A DNA stretch of 64,000 nucleotides from the NCBI RefSeq assembly GCF_006345805.1, contig NC_043013.1, positions 54,870,001 to 54,934,000 on the forward strand, in the 5' to 3' direction. Source of the DNA: Octopus sinensis (lineage: Eukaryota). This document shows, one piece after another, positions 48,796-62,970 of this stretch. Each line of letters starts with the position of its first letter. Position 1 is the stretch's first letter. A program made the position numbers and the translations under genes. The notes below the pieces were generated by a model that did not search any database, was not told the DNA's origin, and was given only the letters and a program-made list of their open reading frames with translations.

Positions 48796-50654
48796 ATATA
48801 TATACACACACACATATATATATATACATATATATATATATATTATTTATTATACATATACATATATGTTGTAATATTATATATATGTATGTGAATATCT
48901 TTGTAAACAAAAGTCTCATTTTGATGTCTTTTGTCTTCAATTCTCTGCATATGCAGGTCCAAGCTGCTGTCTAGGAGATTATTACCTCACTTGGAAGCAA
49001 ATAAGGGTTGGGCCACAGGAAGGACAGCTAGCCAAAAGAAAAGCTCTGCCCCCAAAACACTCTCATCTACCTAAGCATGGAAAAGCAGACATTAAAACAA
49101 TGGGAATGATGGCGAAGTGTATATGTATTTTTTTCCCCCATAATTTATCATGCAAAATCCATTTCAATTCATATGTTTAACCCTTCAAAAAGTGCTTAGA
49201 TTGCGTTATTCCTGAATTTTCCCTCCATTATTGACACATACTTTTGAAACAAAGGAGAGAAACCATAATCCTACAACCAAAGAATACCTTCCATGCCATC
49301 CACTGATATTATAAAGTGCTAACATACACAGTCACATTCCTGTTCACACATAAACACAGCTGCTTTACTCCTCTGCCTGTGTTTATTCCATTTTAAACGG
49401 ATCTTCATTGTCAATTTTCCTTCTTACTATAAACTCAAGATATTCTCAAGGCAAGCAAATGTGTGAAGAATCCAACAATTAAATGGCTTTGCATATTCTT
49501 CACTTATCTTTGTTTAATCTTGTTTTCAACATAAAATACGTTGACTTTGTTTCAATTAATTTTGAAAAAAATGTTGAGTATTTAGAAGCCTTTGGAAGAA
49601 TAATCACCATTTTTCTTAATATAGTGGTGTTTGAAAAATAACTTCAAGAAACGTTCATACAATGGAAGGTTTTCATTTAAATACACACGTTTTCAAATGG
49701 ATGGCTTTGTCCTATAAAACCAAAGGTGGTTGCAGGTAGGTTGATAGCAAAAGAGCTAACATTGTCTACGATGGTAAAAATTAGAACTTACTTCTATTGT
49801 GTATCCATACCACACACAAGCATTGATTATATCATCATAGATCAACTGACATGAATTCAACAATGAAATGCAAAGGTGCAATACAAAATCTAGTCACTCT
49901 GTTATATAGACATACAGTTGTGAATATCTTCATTTAAATATCCACTTATCACACAACTATACACCGTACTTTTAACTCTGCTGATAGCATCACTCAGTAG
50001 TAGTAGTAGTAGTAGCAGCAGCAGCAGCAGTTCAGAATGAAATCAATGAACTTGAAGATTTCCCTTCAGGTTGTTTAAAAGTGATAGTTTTGTTATTTAA
50101 TTTGTTTGTCTTTCTTGCACAAGTAAATTACACTGAACTACATTCACTGCTGCACTTCTTGATGTAGAGGTTGTAAACTTACTACAGAACAATCAGAATA
50201 TGGAATTGTAAGTAAAGGCTGCCACAATACTAAGTAGTTTAAGCATTTAATAGACTATTGCTTGAAGATTTTCTAATGTAACATTTCCCTTTGACAGAAA
50301 TATGATCACACACGTGAAATGTGGTTCTGCGTTAGGTTTGTGTGTGTGTGTGTGTGTGTGTATTAATATTTCAGTGTATCTATAACCTCTCAGTGTATAG
50401 TAAATTAGATTTCATAGACATACAGACACACATATATACACACACACACAAACACACACCCATGACTGTTCATTTTACATTCATTTTTCCATTCTAGCTT
50501 GAGTTGGACGAATGCCTTTTATCAAGGGAATGTTTTACAGCTGGATGCTCTCCCTGTTGCTAAACTTTACTTATTTTTCAAATAAGGTATTTTCTATTTC
50601 TTTGTGAGCACCCCATACTCATATGTATATAAGAATGTTTGTAGGTAGAATATA

Positions 50655-51520
50655 TACAGCGTGGGTTGGTTAAATTGCAACCGTTTTATAATTTTCATTT
50701 TGCACATGTGCATTGCTTGTTTTTGATTTTGTCAACTATACAGCAGAGTAGGGTCAGTTGGGTACTGTCTGTGAGAAAAGCAGTACCACTACATGATTCA
50801 CTCTATCAGAAATTTGGAAACAACATTCTGTACTGCTTGGAATTCATGCTGGAAGCTCCAATACCAACATTTCAGGGTGTCAATCTGAGGACACGTATCA
50901 AGAGTGATAAAAATCAAACATCCAGTCAACATCATGGTGTTTGGAGTGATCAGCAGTGTTGGCAACGTTATGCCTCCATTCATCTTTCCACATAGCCTCA
51001 CACTCAACACAGAGGCCTACATCGTGCCTGGAGGAGGTAGTGCTGTCCTAGGTGAAGAGGGTGGCTACTGGAAGTCCCTATGTCTGGCAACAGGACTCTG
51101 CACCATACCACACAAGTAGGAGATCCCAGTCATGGCTGTCAGACAATTTCTGCGACCACATCCCACCCTAACATCTGGTCACCCAACTCCTCAGACTGCA
51201 ACCCCCTTGATTGTTATGTGTGGGGCACAGTTGAGTGAGAGACCAACAAAACTACTTGTAATACCAAAGATGAGTGAAGGCAAGGATTATGGCAGCATTC
51301 ACCAAATTAAACTAGGAGACTGTCCAGAAGAGTTGCAGGAGATTCTGAAGTCGCCTGGAGGCTGTGGTTGAAGCCAAGGGCGATTTTATTGCATAAATTT
51401 ACTCTTTAGTATTTCAAGATATTTTTATGTAATTTTGGTAAATATATGTTAAAATGAGATGTCAGTGTTATGTTCATTTTTGCGTAATTTAGACAACAGT
51501 TTATTCACTGCACAGTATAC
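50655..51520 (+). mobile_element. Internally deleted, frameshifted DD37D (maT-like) mariner/Tc1 transposon
   Basis: KHPVNIMVFGVISS, VWQQDSAPYH...WSPNSSDCNPLDCYVW with 37 residues between the second and third Asp after correcting one frameshift; SRLEAVVEAKG C-terminus; TA at both ends. Confidence 0.88.
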
Positions 51521-51567
51521 ATAAATATATGTATATATATAAATATATGTATATATAAATATATACT

Positions 51568-51608
<41 letters not shown>

Positions 51609-52486
51609 TTAATGAGAAAGATGTAAGATGGAAGACACGAGAATGTTTGTTGATTGCTACAATTGTTTCGACCCATCTAGCATCAATCCCTTACAGGTGG
51701 GATACCAAACATTTAGTTTTAGAGTATCTGTCAGTGCAGATGTGTCTCTTCAGGTGATTATGAGATGTATCTCATTAAAATAATGTCTGTTATGCAAGTT
51801 TTCTTCTCAGTATTTGTATACGAAAGCAACAAATTAAAGGATACAGCCTCATTATTATAGAAGTTCAATAAAAATGAGATGGAAAAGGACGAAATACACA
51901 ATACAGTGAAAAAAGGATTAAATATAATCATTAGCCCTTATTTGATTAATGACTGCTGATAGATACCGATGGCTTTCCCTTCCCATATCTTGTTACCCCA
52001 AAAAGTGGAAAATGGAAATTTTATGACTATTACTGCATCAAACATATTAGAAATGACCTCAAGATCTTGGCTCTTAGTTTCTTTTGTTACCATGGCAGCA
52101 GATTCTTACATTTTATGGTTTGAAATCTGCAAATTCGCAGAGACTTCAGTATCTATCAATATTCACACCTTTTTTTGTCAATACATTTTAGTTCCAATAT
52201 TACCATATCGGAACTAAAGGAAACACACAACTCACTCCCAAGGAAACTCCCAACTCAGAATTCATGATAAGGTAACAATCAAACACTGAATCTAAATGCA
52301 AGAAAATGGGTCATTGTTGAATAAGAATGAAAACTGTGTTGTGTGGTGAAAAATAACTGTCCTGCTCTTGAAGCACTGATTAAGCTACAGTTGACAAACC
52401 TAATTAAAGATAATGAGGTTATCTGTCAACAGTAATTATTGAACTAGAATCTGGAATATATGTAAGTACACAGACAAACTCTGTGT

Positions 52487-52530
<44 letters not shown>

Positions 52531-52784
52531 GACACATACACACACAATTTTTAATTAAAGCTATCTTCACATGTATCTATGTTTCATCTTTGATATCTTG
52601 TTTACCATCATCACTATCATGTTACATCCTCTGATTGCATAGACAGGAATGGTTTTCTCCAGCACACACAAACACATGCACACACACATACATAAACATA
52701 GAGTTTGTGTGTGTGTGTGAGTGGAAGCAAGAATAAAGAAAAACAAAGATGCCCTGTCTCTCAAGTGCTGTGTAGTTATTTTAT

Positions 52785-52828
52785 ATTTGCAACATCAAGT
52801 TTCACCATCATACGGCTCATCAGCAAAT
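52785..52828 (-). ncRNA. Hammerhead-like motif, probably degenerate
   Basis: AUUUG-CUGAUGA-GCCG(UAUGA)UGGU-GAAA-C(UUGAU)GU-U-G-CAAAU: core intact, stem II with GU pairs, stem I AUUUG/CAAAU offset by one nucleotide. Confidence 0.5.
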
Positions 52829-53894
52829 GCGGGGTAAGTTTTGTTTTTACTCGTATATTATGAAAGTATAATTAATTACTAAAACCCTACCTGACTAGTA
52901 AGTAGTGTTTCAGTTTTGAAAAGAGTTTGTTGTTTTCTGTAAAGAAGCTAATGTACAAAGAAAATAAGATCTACTTTAAATACATACATATATTCATACA
53001 TGAATACATACATACATACATACATACACACACATACATACATACACACACATACATACACACACACATACATACATACACACAAACATACACACACACA
53101 CACATAGATACATATATATATATATATATATATAGCATGTAGTTATTATGGAAAGACTAGAAAACTTAATTTAAAAAGAAATGACTTTAGCACTATTGTA
53201 ATCTTTAAGGCGTAAAACAAAACAACAAAAACATTATATATCACTATAATCGCAGTAGTTCCTGGTTATTTCACAAAACCGATATAGAATCAAAGACGAT
53301 GTTGGCAAGAATAAATTTAGTATATTTGTTTATTGAGTGTCATTGTGTTTTAAAATCAAAATTTTCCTTAGCATATATAAACTGCACGATGAATAGGACT
53401 GCTTATAGAATATTGCTTTGTCTAAACGGTGCCAATTAATAATGTAGGTGAACTTGTTATGTTTCTAAAACTATGTATTTTTGACTAAACTCATACCAAT
53501 GTTTTTTTTGAAGAGTTAGAGTATTCTAAATGTGTATATATTCTGGTTATGTCTGTTCTTAAATTGATTTGTTGTTATTTCTATGTGATCTAATTTATTC
53601 TGATTAATATTAGATGACATCTGATTGATGTTTGATGACTAATTTTTCAAGGCAATTACCATTTTCTGTGTATAAAGTCTGTGAATGAATGTCACAATTT
53701 GTGGTGACCTAGTTATAAGAATTACTCGTTATTTCATGACTATTAAAGGATAATGAGATACCAGTGACAAACATCACTGTTGATGGCTTATTTTGAGTGC
53801 ATTTGGATTAAAAATTTTCTGAAATTTACGTCTGAAAGACAGTAATTATACAAGATAGAGGAATATTTTTCCTGCCTACTTGTTTGATATTGAA

Positions 53895-54290
53895 TCATCA
53901 TCATCATCATTTACTGTCCGTTTTCCATGCTAGCATGAGTTGGATGGTTCAACCGGGGTCTGGGAAGCCAGGAGGCTGCACCAGGCTCCAGTCTGATCTG
54001 ACAGTGTTTCTACAGATGGACGCCCTTCTTAACGCCAACCACTCTGTGAGTATAGTGGGAGCTTTCTATGTGCCAGTGGAGGCTGGAAGCAGCCATGATC
54101 GGTTGGTGCTTTTTACGTGCCATCAGCACAGGTATCACAACTACAATTTCCATTTGATACTTATTTTGATGTCACCCTACAATCCATGGTAAGCACAGCA
54201 GGTCATTCTGCAATCCAAGGTACTTTGGATGGGCTGGGGCTATGTGAAACTGATGCAGGAAACAGCCATGAACTCACATTGATATTGAAT
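53895..54290 (-). mobile_element. Family C copy
   Basis: Colinear with 54800-55420. Confidence 0.85.
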
Positions 54291-54649
54291 GAATATGGTG
54301 GATTAAACTGCCTGTCTTTCATTTTTATTCTCTCTGGTTCAGGTCGACATGTTTGTGCTATTTAATGGTTTCTTTGGAAAAGGAAGATGCTAGAGAATAA
54401 TCCTATATACATGTCACTCTATTAATGAGATTTCATTATAAGCTGTCACCAAGACACTTTTGCCTAAATTCATGGCTTTATTTCCAGAAACGTTGGAAGA
54501 TTGCTGTAAATACTTTATATATAACATGCTGAATAACTTTGCTTCGTTGCCACCATTGTTTTTATCTCAATTCTTTTAGGTAATCCAATTGTTTAACTAT
54601 CATTCACTCTTAAGACAACTTGAGTAAAATGATAATATCACTGAAGGAA

Positions 54650-54690
<41 letters not shown>

Positions 54691-54799
54691 CGAAATAAAA
54701 CAACAAAGACAACTATAACAATAACAGAAGGAAAAAAATATATATATAAGTAACATGCATATATGCATATATACATACATACATGTACATACTTACATA

Positions 54800-57190
54800 T
54801 ATCATCATCATCATCATCGTTTAACATCCGTTTTCCATGCTAGCATTGGTTGGACAGTTCGACCAGAATCTAGGAAGCCAGGAGGCTGCACCAGCCTCCA
54901 GTCTGATCTGGCAGTTTTTCTACAGATGGATGCCCTTCTTAATGCCAACCACTCCGTGAGTGTAGTGGGTACTTTTTACGTGCCACCGGCACAGGTGTCA
55001 GGGGAGGCTGGCAGTGGCCATGATTGGTTGGTGCTTTTTACGTGCCACCGGCACAGAAGCCAGTCAAGGTGGCACTGGCATCGGCCACGTTTGGATCGTG
55101 CTTTTTATGTGCCACTGGCACAGGTATCACAACTACAATTTCCATTTGATATTTATTCTAATGTTGATGTACTTGACTCAATAGGTCTCCTCAAGCACAG
55201 CAAGTCATGTGCACTGGCACAGAAGCCAGCCAAGGCAACGCTGGCATCGGCCACGTTCGGATGGTGCTTTTTATGTGCTGCCGGCACAGGTATCATTAAC
55301 TACAATTTCCATTTGATATTTGTTTTGATGTTGATGTACTTGACTCTACAGGTCTCCTCAAGCACAGCAGGTCACCCTACAATCCAAGGTAAGCACAGCA
55401 GGTCGTTCTGCAATCCAAGGTACTTTGGATGGACTGGGGCTGTACGAAACTGGTGGAGGAAGCAGCCAAGGTCTTTGCGGTCACAGCATATCTCCAGAGA
55501 TCTCGGTCTTTCTTCATTGACTCTGTGAGGCCCAGCGTTCGAAGGTCATGCTTGACTACCTCATCCCATGTCTTCCTGGGTCTACCTCTCCCCCAGATAC
55601 CTTCAACTGTTTGGGAGTGGCACTTCTTCACACATCTCTCCTCATCCATCTGCAGAACATGACCATACCAGCACAAACGTCTCTCTTGCACACCAAATCT
55701 CATGCTTCTTATGTCCAGCATTTCTCTCAGGGTGCTTACACTCTGTCGTGCGGGCACACTGGCATTACACATCCAGCAGATCATGCTAGCTTCATTTCTT
55801 TCAAGTCTATGCATGTCCTCTGCAGTCACAGCCCATGTTTCACTACCGTGAAGCATAGCACTGCGCACACATGCATCATACAATCTATCTTTCACTCTGA
55901 GCGAGAGACCCTTTGTCACCAGTAGGGGTAGGAGCTTTCGAAACGTGATGAGTTCACCTTTCTGCTTACTATAACTTTGGTCTTTGCTACATTTACTACC
56001 ACACCCGAAATTTCTTTTCTAGTTCCAGTGGTGATTCTGCTATGACAGCCAGGTCATCAGCATAGAGGAGCTCCCAGGGACAACACGTCTTGAATTCCTC
56101 TGATATTGCCTGGAGGACTATGATGAATAAAAGGAGACTGAGGGCTGAACCTTGGTGGACACCTACTTCTACCCGGAATTCTTCACTATACTCATTGCCA
56201 ATTCTAACCTTGCTGCCAGCCTCTCTGTATAGGGCCTGTACAGCCCTTATTAAACATTCATCAGTCTCCAGTTTCCGCATCACCCACCAGAAAGGAGATC
56301 GAGGGGCCCTGTCAAAGGCTTTCTCCAAGTCCACGAAAGCTATGTAGAGGGGTTTATCTTCAGCTAGGTATTTCTCCTGCAGTTGTCGAACCAGCAATAT
56401 GGCATCAGTGGTGCTTCTACCTGGCACAAAACCGAACTGCATCTCATCTAAGCAAACTCTCTCCCTAATGAGATGGGCTATGACCCTCTCTGTGATCTTC
56501 ATCGCCTGATCCAACAGTTTAATACCCCTGTAGTTATTTCTATCTAGAGCATCACCTTTACCCATGTAGCAGTTGACTATGGTGCTGCTACGCCAGTCAT
56601 TGGGTATGACTCCATTATGAAATACCTGGTTTACAATGCGGGTGACTAGGCCATAGCCCACACCACCAGATGTTTCAAGCATCTCAGCAGTGATTCCTGA
56701 TGGGCATTGGGCATGGGGCTTTTCATACCCTTAATTGCCTTAACTACTAGGGAGCTGTCTATTTGGATAGCTGGTCCCTCTACTGGGTCAACATTTGGCA
56801 GGCTCTCCTCCTCCCATTCATTCTCCACATTCAGCAGTCTCTCATAATGGCTTCTCCAAGCCTTTTTCTTTTCAGAAACATTGAAAGCAAGTGCACCATC
56901 ATCCATGCGGACGCATTTCTCTCCTGTGACATCACTATTTTCTCTCACACAGTCTTGCAATCCGAAATACCTCAGTTCTTTGGTCCTCACGTCGCTGGAC
57001 ATTGGCAAACTTCTTCTTTTCTGCTTCACCCTTGGCTATGTATACCTGCCACCCAGCCTCCCTTTTGGCTACCTGGTACAGTTCCCTGCTACCCCCATCC
57101 CTCCAGGCTTTCCAGGCCTGTTTCTTTGTCTACTGTACTATTCCACCACCACCACGTAACTCTAGGTCTGGAAGGGACTTTGCACCATCC
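54800..57190 (-). mobile_element. 5'-truncated RTE-clade LINE with its 3' UTR (54800-55350) and (GAT)n tail
   Basis: Linker region, RT ORF and C-terminal ORF 55377-55919 (LYDACVRSAMLHGSETW, RLCWYGHVLQM, GRGRPRKTW) are contiguous with the family C sequence. Confidence 0.95.
55996..56682 (-). pseudogene. RTE reverse transcriptase fragment
   Basis: NYRGIKLL, QFGFVPGRST, FVDLEKAFD, GVHQGSALS and LLYADD motifs; the frame is broken on both sides. Confidence 0.95.
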
Positions 57191-57211
57191 ACAGTCTGTG
57201 GCATATATATA

Positions 57212-57408
57212 TATCGTGCCTGTGGCATGTAAAAAGCACCCACTACACTCTCGGAGTGGTTGGCGTTAGGAAAGGCATCCAGCTGTAGAAACTCTGCCAA
57301 ATCAAGATTGGAGACTGGTGCAACCATCTGGTTCGCCAGCCCTCTGTCAAAATCGTCCAACCCATGCTAGCATGGAAAGTGGACGTTAAACGATGATGAT
57401 GATGATAA
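57212..57408 (+). mobile_element. Family C copy, inverted relative to the RTE and abutting its truncated 5' end
   Basis: Reverse complement of 54815-54995, separated from the RTE by a short (TA)n. Confidence 0.9.
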
Positions 57409-57723
57409 TATATGTATATACATATGCATATATGGGTACAGGGCATCACAGAATGTAAACAACATGAAATACTAAAACAAGACGAAGTACAAAATATGAA
57501 AACATGGAATACAAACTTTTTTGTGAACAAGGAAAAAATAGAAAACAAGACAAATAACATAAAGAACGACCCTTCATCAGTTGTCAGCTGTTTTATCTAC
57601 TCTACATTTCAGTAGACTCAAAATGTCAAAGACTCCTCCAGTTTTTTCGAGCATCAAACTAATACACTTGCTTATTGTTCCTCACACACACATACATATG
57701 AATGCGTGCACGCACACACACGC

Positions 57724-57774
<51 letters not shown>

Positions 57775-59019
57775 GAGAGAGAGAGAGAGAAAGAGAAACA
57801 TATATAGCAAAAAATATTGCTTCAGAGCCATGTGGTTTGGTTTCAGGTATGTTCCACTGAAGGCAAGTGTGTTCTATTATGGCACCAAACAGACCAATGC
57901 CTTCAAAATGGAATTGGTAGATGATAACTGAATAAGATCTACCTTATCTCTCTCTCTATATATATATGTATATATATATATATACACACACACATATACA
58001 TATATAACGTATAGATATCTATAAATATATACAGAAATTTTTCTATATATATAATGTATGCATCTATATATATATTCTCTCTAAAAAAAAGATGTTAACA
58101 AAGAATGAGTAATTAATGCTATTTCTTCCTGACATCAAATTATCCAAACTGTATTCTAGCAGACAGACAATGACTAATGAGATAATTTAATTTTCCAACA
58201 TTCCTACAAATTCAACACCAAATTCACTTTTGTGTTTCCAGGTTTTCTATAGAAAAGAACATTTTGCGTAAACCAGTTAGCAAAGTTTTAAGTAAACCAC
58301 TTCTCTCTAACTTCGTTTCCATTTTGAGAAACATTCTCCCCAAATATCTTTTTGATAAATTTGTACCAAGCAAGGTGCTTTATTAGTGAAAGGAAGGCCC
58401 AAAATATAATCTAGACTATCTATATATGCATCAATAATTCCTTTACATCTAGGTGAAACTTTGATTACAAAATGATTATAAACACTATCATATATAAATA
58501 TATTTCTCTTTTTATCAGCTAGTGCTCATTCATGCATAGACTCGAACAGCCACACCCAGCTACAAACTTGCATAAAAGCCAGCTAGTTTGCCAGTTTTTA
58601 ACAAATCAAAAGCATATTATGCATAAGCATATTCTATGTTGTATGGGTTTCTATTTCTTAAAAAAAAAATTTCCTCCACTACCAGATGAATAGATTCATT
58701 TTAGTGTTACAGGACCTCTTATATATATTTTACTTGACTCTGTGGCAACATTAATAAATTAATATAAAAAAAAAAAGGCATTCATCATAAGTTCTATGTT
58801 CGTCTCTTTCCATGCTAGGTGAATTACATTATAAACTTTATACATACATCTAAGACAACATTGGTAGCAGCAGCGTTGATAAATTAAATTATTCTGGTAC
58901 TAAATCTCTGTGGGACAGATCCAGTGAAGCTTTAAACTCTACTACTCTGCTTGTAAACTGAGAGCCTGTATCTGCTATCAATCACACACACACATTTGTA
59001 AGTATATGTTACTATGAGA

Positions 59020-59168
59020 CATGCATGCACACACGTGTGTGTGTCTATATCTATATATATATATATATATACATACATACATGCATATATATATACATAT
59101 ATATTTTACTGTTGTTAGACAATCACCTCCTTCACACATTTACACATGTAAATATGTCTACATGCGTG

Positions 59169-59232
<64 letters not shown>

Positions 59233-59420
59233 TATACACACACACACATATATATACATGCATACACAGATGTGCATATATACATACACGTGCACATGCA
59301 TGTGCATATATGCAGAGATATATGTACATGCCTACACACATACATATATGTATACCTGCATATCTATATATGCATATATATATATATATAAGCATATTTA
59401 TACATGCATGAAAATACAAC
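59020..59420. repeat. Compound (TA)/(CA)/(TCTA) microsatellite region
   Basis: Visible directly. Confidence 0.9.
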
Positions 59421-60242
59421 CACATACACAATTATACATGTATTTTCATACATTTGAAAGTGCATTTAAGGATGCACACACACCCCCACACCCACACCAC
59501 ACATTTGAAAACAATGCTTAGATGTCATCACTGTTTCGTTTTTTTATATCAATTATATCCAAGCAATCCCATTTTTTTTGGAATATTCAAACACCATATA
59601 ATATGAATTATATTCAAGCAAATAAGACATTTGTGAGAATATACACTTGGTACTCAGCTTCCTCAGTTCTTGGGATATTCTGTCAGATGAAGATGTAATA
59701 GAATTCATTTAACATTTGTTTAGAAAGTTGGCTTTCAAATACATTCCAATAATGTTTAATTCAAACTTTGGACACTACTGGTTTCATAGTAAAGTGCTAC
59801 TCTTTTATAGAATACCTTGTGGTGTTTTTCCTAAACTCTGTCTCTCCAAAGTTCAAGACCTGATGAAGTCAAGTTTCATCCTTCTCGGATTAATAAATAA
59901 AGTATTTCTCAGGTATTGAGGTTAATTCTTCTCTCTCTCTCTCTCTTTTATTATCCCTCTCTCTCTCTACTTCTCCTTCTCATGCTCTTTTTTTTTTTAT
60001 AAAGGTGCTGTGCCACTGAAGTGAGGGTCATGCAGAACCACTAATAAAAATAAAGAAGGGAGCAGGGCCCAGGCTGTCTTTGCAAAGAAAAGCCAGTATA
60101 GTACTGAAACCATTCAAGCATGACATGATGTGCAATGAAGCTAAGAATTGTAAAAGAAAATAAACTGCATAATTGTGAAATTAATTGGATACTGTTAAGT
60201 GTTTACATGAAGGACATTAAAAAAGCTGATATATTTAAATAA

Positions 60243-60450
60243 TCCTTTCTACTATAGGCACAAGGCCTGAAATTTTAGGGGAAGGGGTAAGTCGATTACA
60301 TCGACACCAGTGCATAACTGGTACTTATTTTATTGACTCTGAAAGGATGAAAGGGTAGGTCAACTTTGGTGGAATTTGAACTCAGAACCTAAAGACAGGT
60401 GAAATGCCATTAAGCCTGGTGTGCTAATGGTTCAGCCAGCTTGCTGCCCT
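60243..60450 (-). mobile_element. SINE A copy
   Basis: cctttctactataggcacaaggcctg...ggaatttgaactcag. Confidence 0.85.
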
Positions 60451-61540
60451 GACATGACTAAATAATAATAGCAAAAAGAAAAAACTGTAATGAACAGATA
60501 AACATTACATCATTTATAAACAGGTGTCTATGTTATGGGTGAAGTGCGTAGCATGGGAATTGATTCAGACACAGTGTGGGCCTAGCATTTGGAATAAGAA
60601 GTTTGAAGAGTTTGAAAGAGGAGAAGGTATCATGATGTGGGTTGTTGTAGGTTTTTTTTTTCTCCTGTTGAATATATCTTGGTTGTCATGTCAACAGTGG
60701 AAAGATGTTATCAACACTTCAGTTCTTAAAAATAGCATGTCTAATATGAGATGTCTATGTTGCATGTGGATGATGCATATACGCAGAATTGAAGGTAGAT
60801 TAAAGAATAATGTTGTTCACATAGAAATGTATGTGTGTGACTTAATAATAGGAAACAGTCACTCAAATTATATGTGCACATGAAGCGAGAGTGTGCGTGT
60901 ATGCAAGTGTGTGTGTAACATATTGTATCCCACAAGTCACATTACACTTGATAGCGTGAGAGTTGAAAAGATTCTCAATAATACGTCATACTGCAATAGA
61001 ATAGTCTGACAGGAAAGTTCCATTCCAAGAGGAGAGAGACAGATGAAGCTTTAGTTCTTCATAATAATTATCCAATTCCATCAAACGAATTTCTGTTAAC
61101 CATTAAATATCTGAGACATAAAATAATTTACCAGAAGTTTTAATATGAAAATCTTTCATGGTATTAATTTGATATTTATCAAACTAACTTTGGCTGTTTT
61201 CCAGGTCAAATTCCATGAATTGAATACAGTTTCTAAGAGATCCTTTGCCCAACGTATTTTCAATTTTACAAAACAAAAATAAAAAAGGGGAAAAAATTTA
61301 TATAGGTTTAAATGTAAATTAATGAAATCCTTTTACAGTTGTGTGAGTTTCATGTAGTCATAAAAAGAAGGCATTGAGGAATTCAATATCCATCACCATT
61401 TTTGCTTCACGTTTATTGGTGATTGAAAATGTTCTCTTCATATCTGTCCTATGAATTCCCTTTTAAGTGCACTGATAAAGGTTTAATTTAAGATGAGTGT
61501 GTGTGTGTGTGTGTGTGTATCTGTTTATCTGTCAATCTAT

Positions 61541-61773
61541 CTATCTATAGATAGATAGATAGATAGTAGATAGACAAAGAGATAGATAGACAGACAGACA
61601 GACATATAGATAGACAGAGAGATACGTAGATAGACAGAGAGATAGATAGACAGACAGACAGACAGACACACAGACATATAGATAGATAGATAGATAGATA
61701 TAGATAGATAGATAGATAGATAGATAGACAGACAGACATATAGATAGACAGATAGATAGGTAAATAGACAGAG

Positions 61774-61806
<33 letters not shown>

Positions 61807-61807
61807 T

Positions 61808-61856
<49 letters not shown>

Positions 61857-61860
61857 GAAC
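61541..61860. repeat. (GATA)n/(GACA)n compound tetranucleotide array
   Basis: Visible directly; source of the LSIY ORFs. Confidence 0.95.
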
Positions 61861-62520
61861 AAGAGAGAGAGAGGGAGAGATTGTATGGATTGAAGAATGA
61901 GATTCTATTTACCCACAATTCATAGTCAGTGGCTAAATGTAACAAGAGAGGTAAAATAATGCAATGAAAATTTAGAGATGATATTAGATTTCATTTTATC
62001 CAGCAAATGACATTGTCTAATTGGATTAAATTAAATTTCAATTTAATCATATAATAAGGAAGCATAATGCATATTTTTTTCTATATCATATTTCAATCAT
62101 TTCATTCCATTTATTTTTTTTAATAAACTTCATTACATATTGTAAAGGAAATGGTTTCTTTTTGATTTTTGAATTTCGAATAAAATTCCTTTTTAATATC
62201 ACCGTTGGCATACTTAAAATAAATATATATAAAAAAAAAGTTAATTAATTAGAACTTTTAAGTGGATGCATTTATGTGAGCAATGTAAATGAAGTGTATT
62301 TCTGACTGTAGAATAGAAACATAAATTAGAAATGGAATGGTTTTCTTAGGTGTCTGTTTTAAGATGGAACCATTTTAACAGTCCATACTTAGAGAATATT
62401 TATTTTAGAACTGTCCATTAGCTTGTGATAAAACAGGAAGGCAATTTACAAATACACACACACACACACACACACAAATACAACCACATATGCACACAAA
62501 CACACAAAAATATATATGTA

Positions 62521-62572
<52 letters not shown>

Positions 62573-62749
62573 CATATCTGTAAATGTATACTCACAAACA
62601 TGTGTATGGTTTTACAAATGAGGAAAAGTGTACTCAATATGTGCTGTAGAGTTTATTTATTCAAAGACGAATGGATTTGTGACTACTCTGAGTATTTGCA
62701 ATGTGCAAATCGATAGGGCAACAAAAGAACACGTGTGTGTGTGTCTGTG

Positions 62750-62970
62750 TGTGTGTTAGTTATCGTGTTTGTTACTCACCACTGGAAAGCTGGTGTTGGA
62801 TTGTTTACATTCTTGTAACTTAGTGGTTCAGCAAAACAAAAAAAAAGAAGGATAGAATGAGAATCAGGCACAAATTATAGATTAGTGTTGTCATTTGGTT
62901 GACTAAACCCTTCATGGACATGCTCCAGCATGGCCATAGTCCAATGACTGGAAGTAGAATAAAAACTAAA
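62750..62970 (+). mobile_element. SINE B 3' half
   Basis: Colinear with 22830-23010. Confidence 0.7.

Noticed and set aside
49239-50235. Short FANCA-like words LSFVS (near 49240) and YLQFHIL (near 50200)
   Set aside because: Their order is the reverse of FANCA as I recall it, so at least one is chance; this shows the risk of eye-level matching.
54755-55925. 257-aa and 125-aa plus-strand ORFs
   Set aside because: They are antisense to the RTE and its UTR; the coding strand is minus.
57560-57680. CTGATGA on the minus strand (also at 48375, plus strand) in a repeated element
   Set aside because: No stem II followed by GAAA lies downstream, so it does not fold as a hammerhead.
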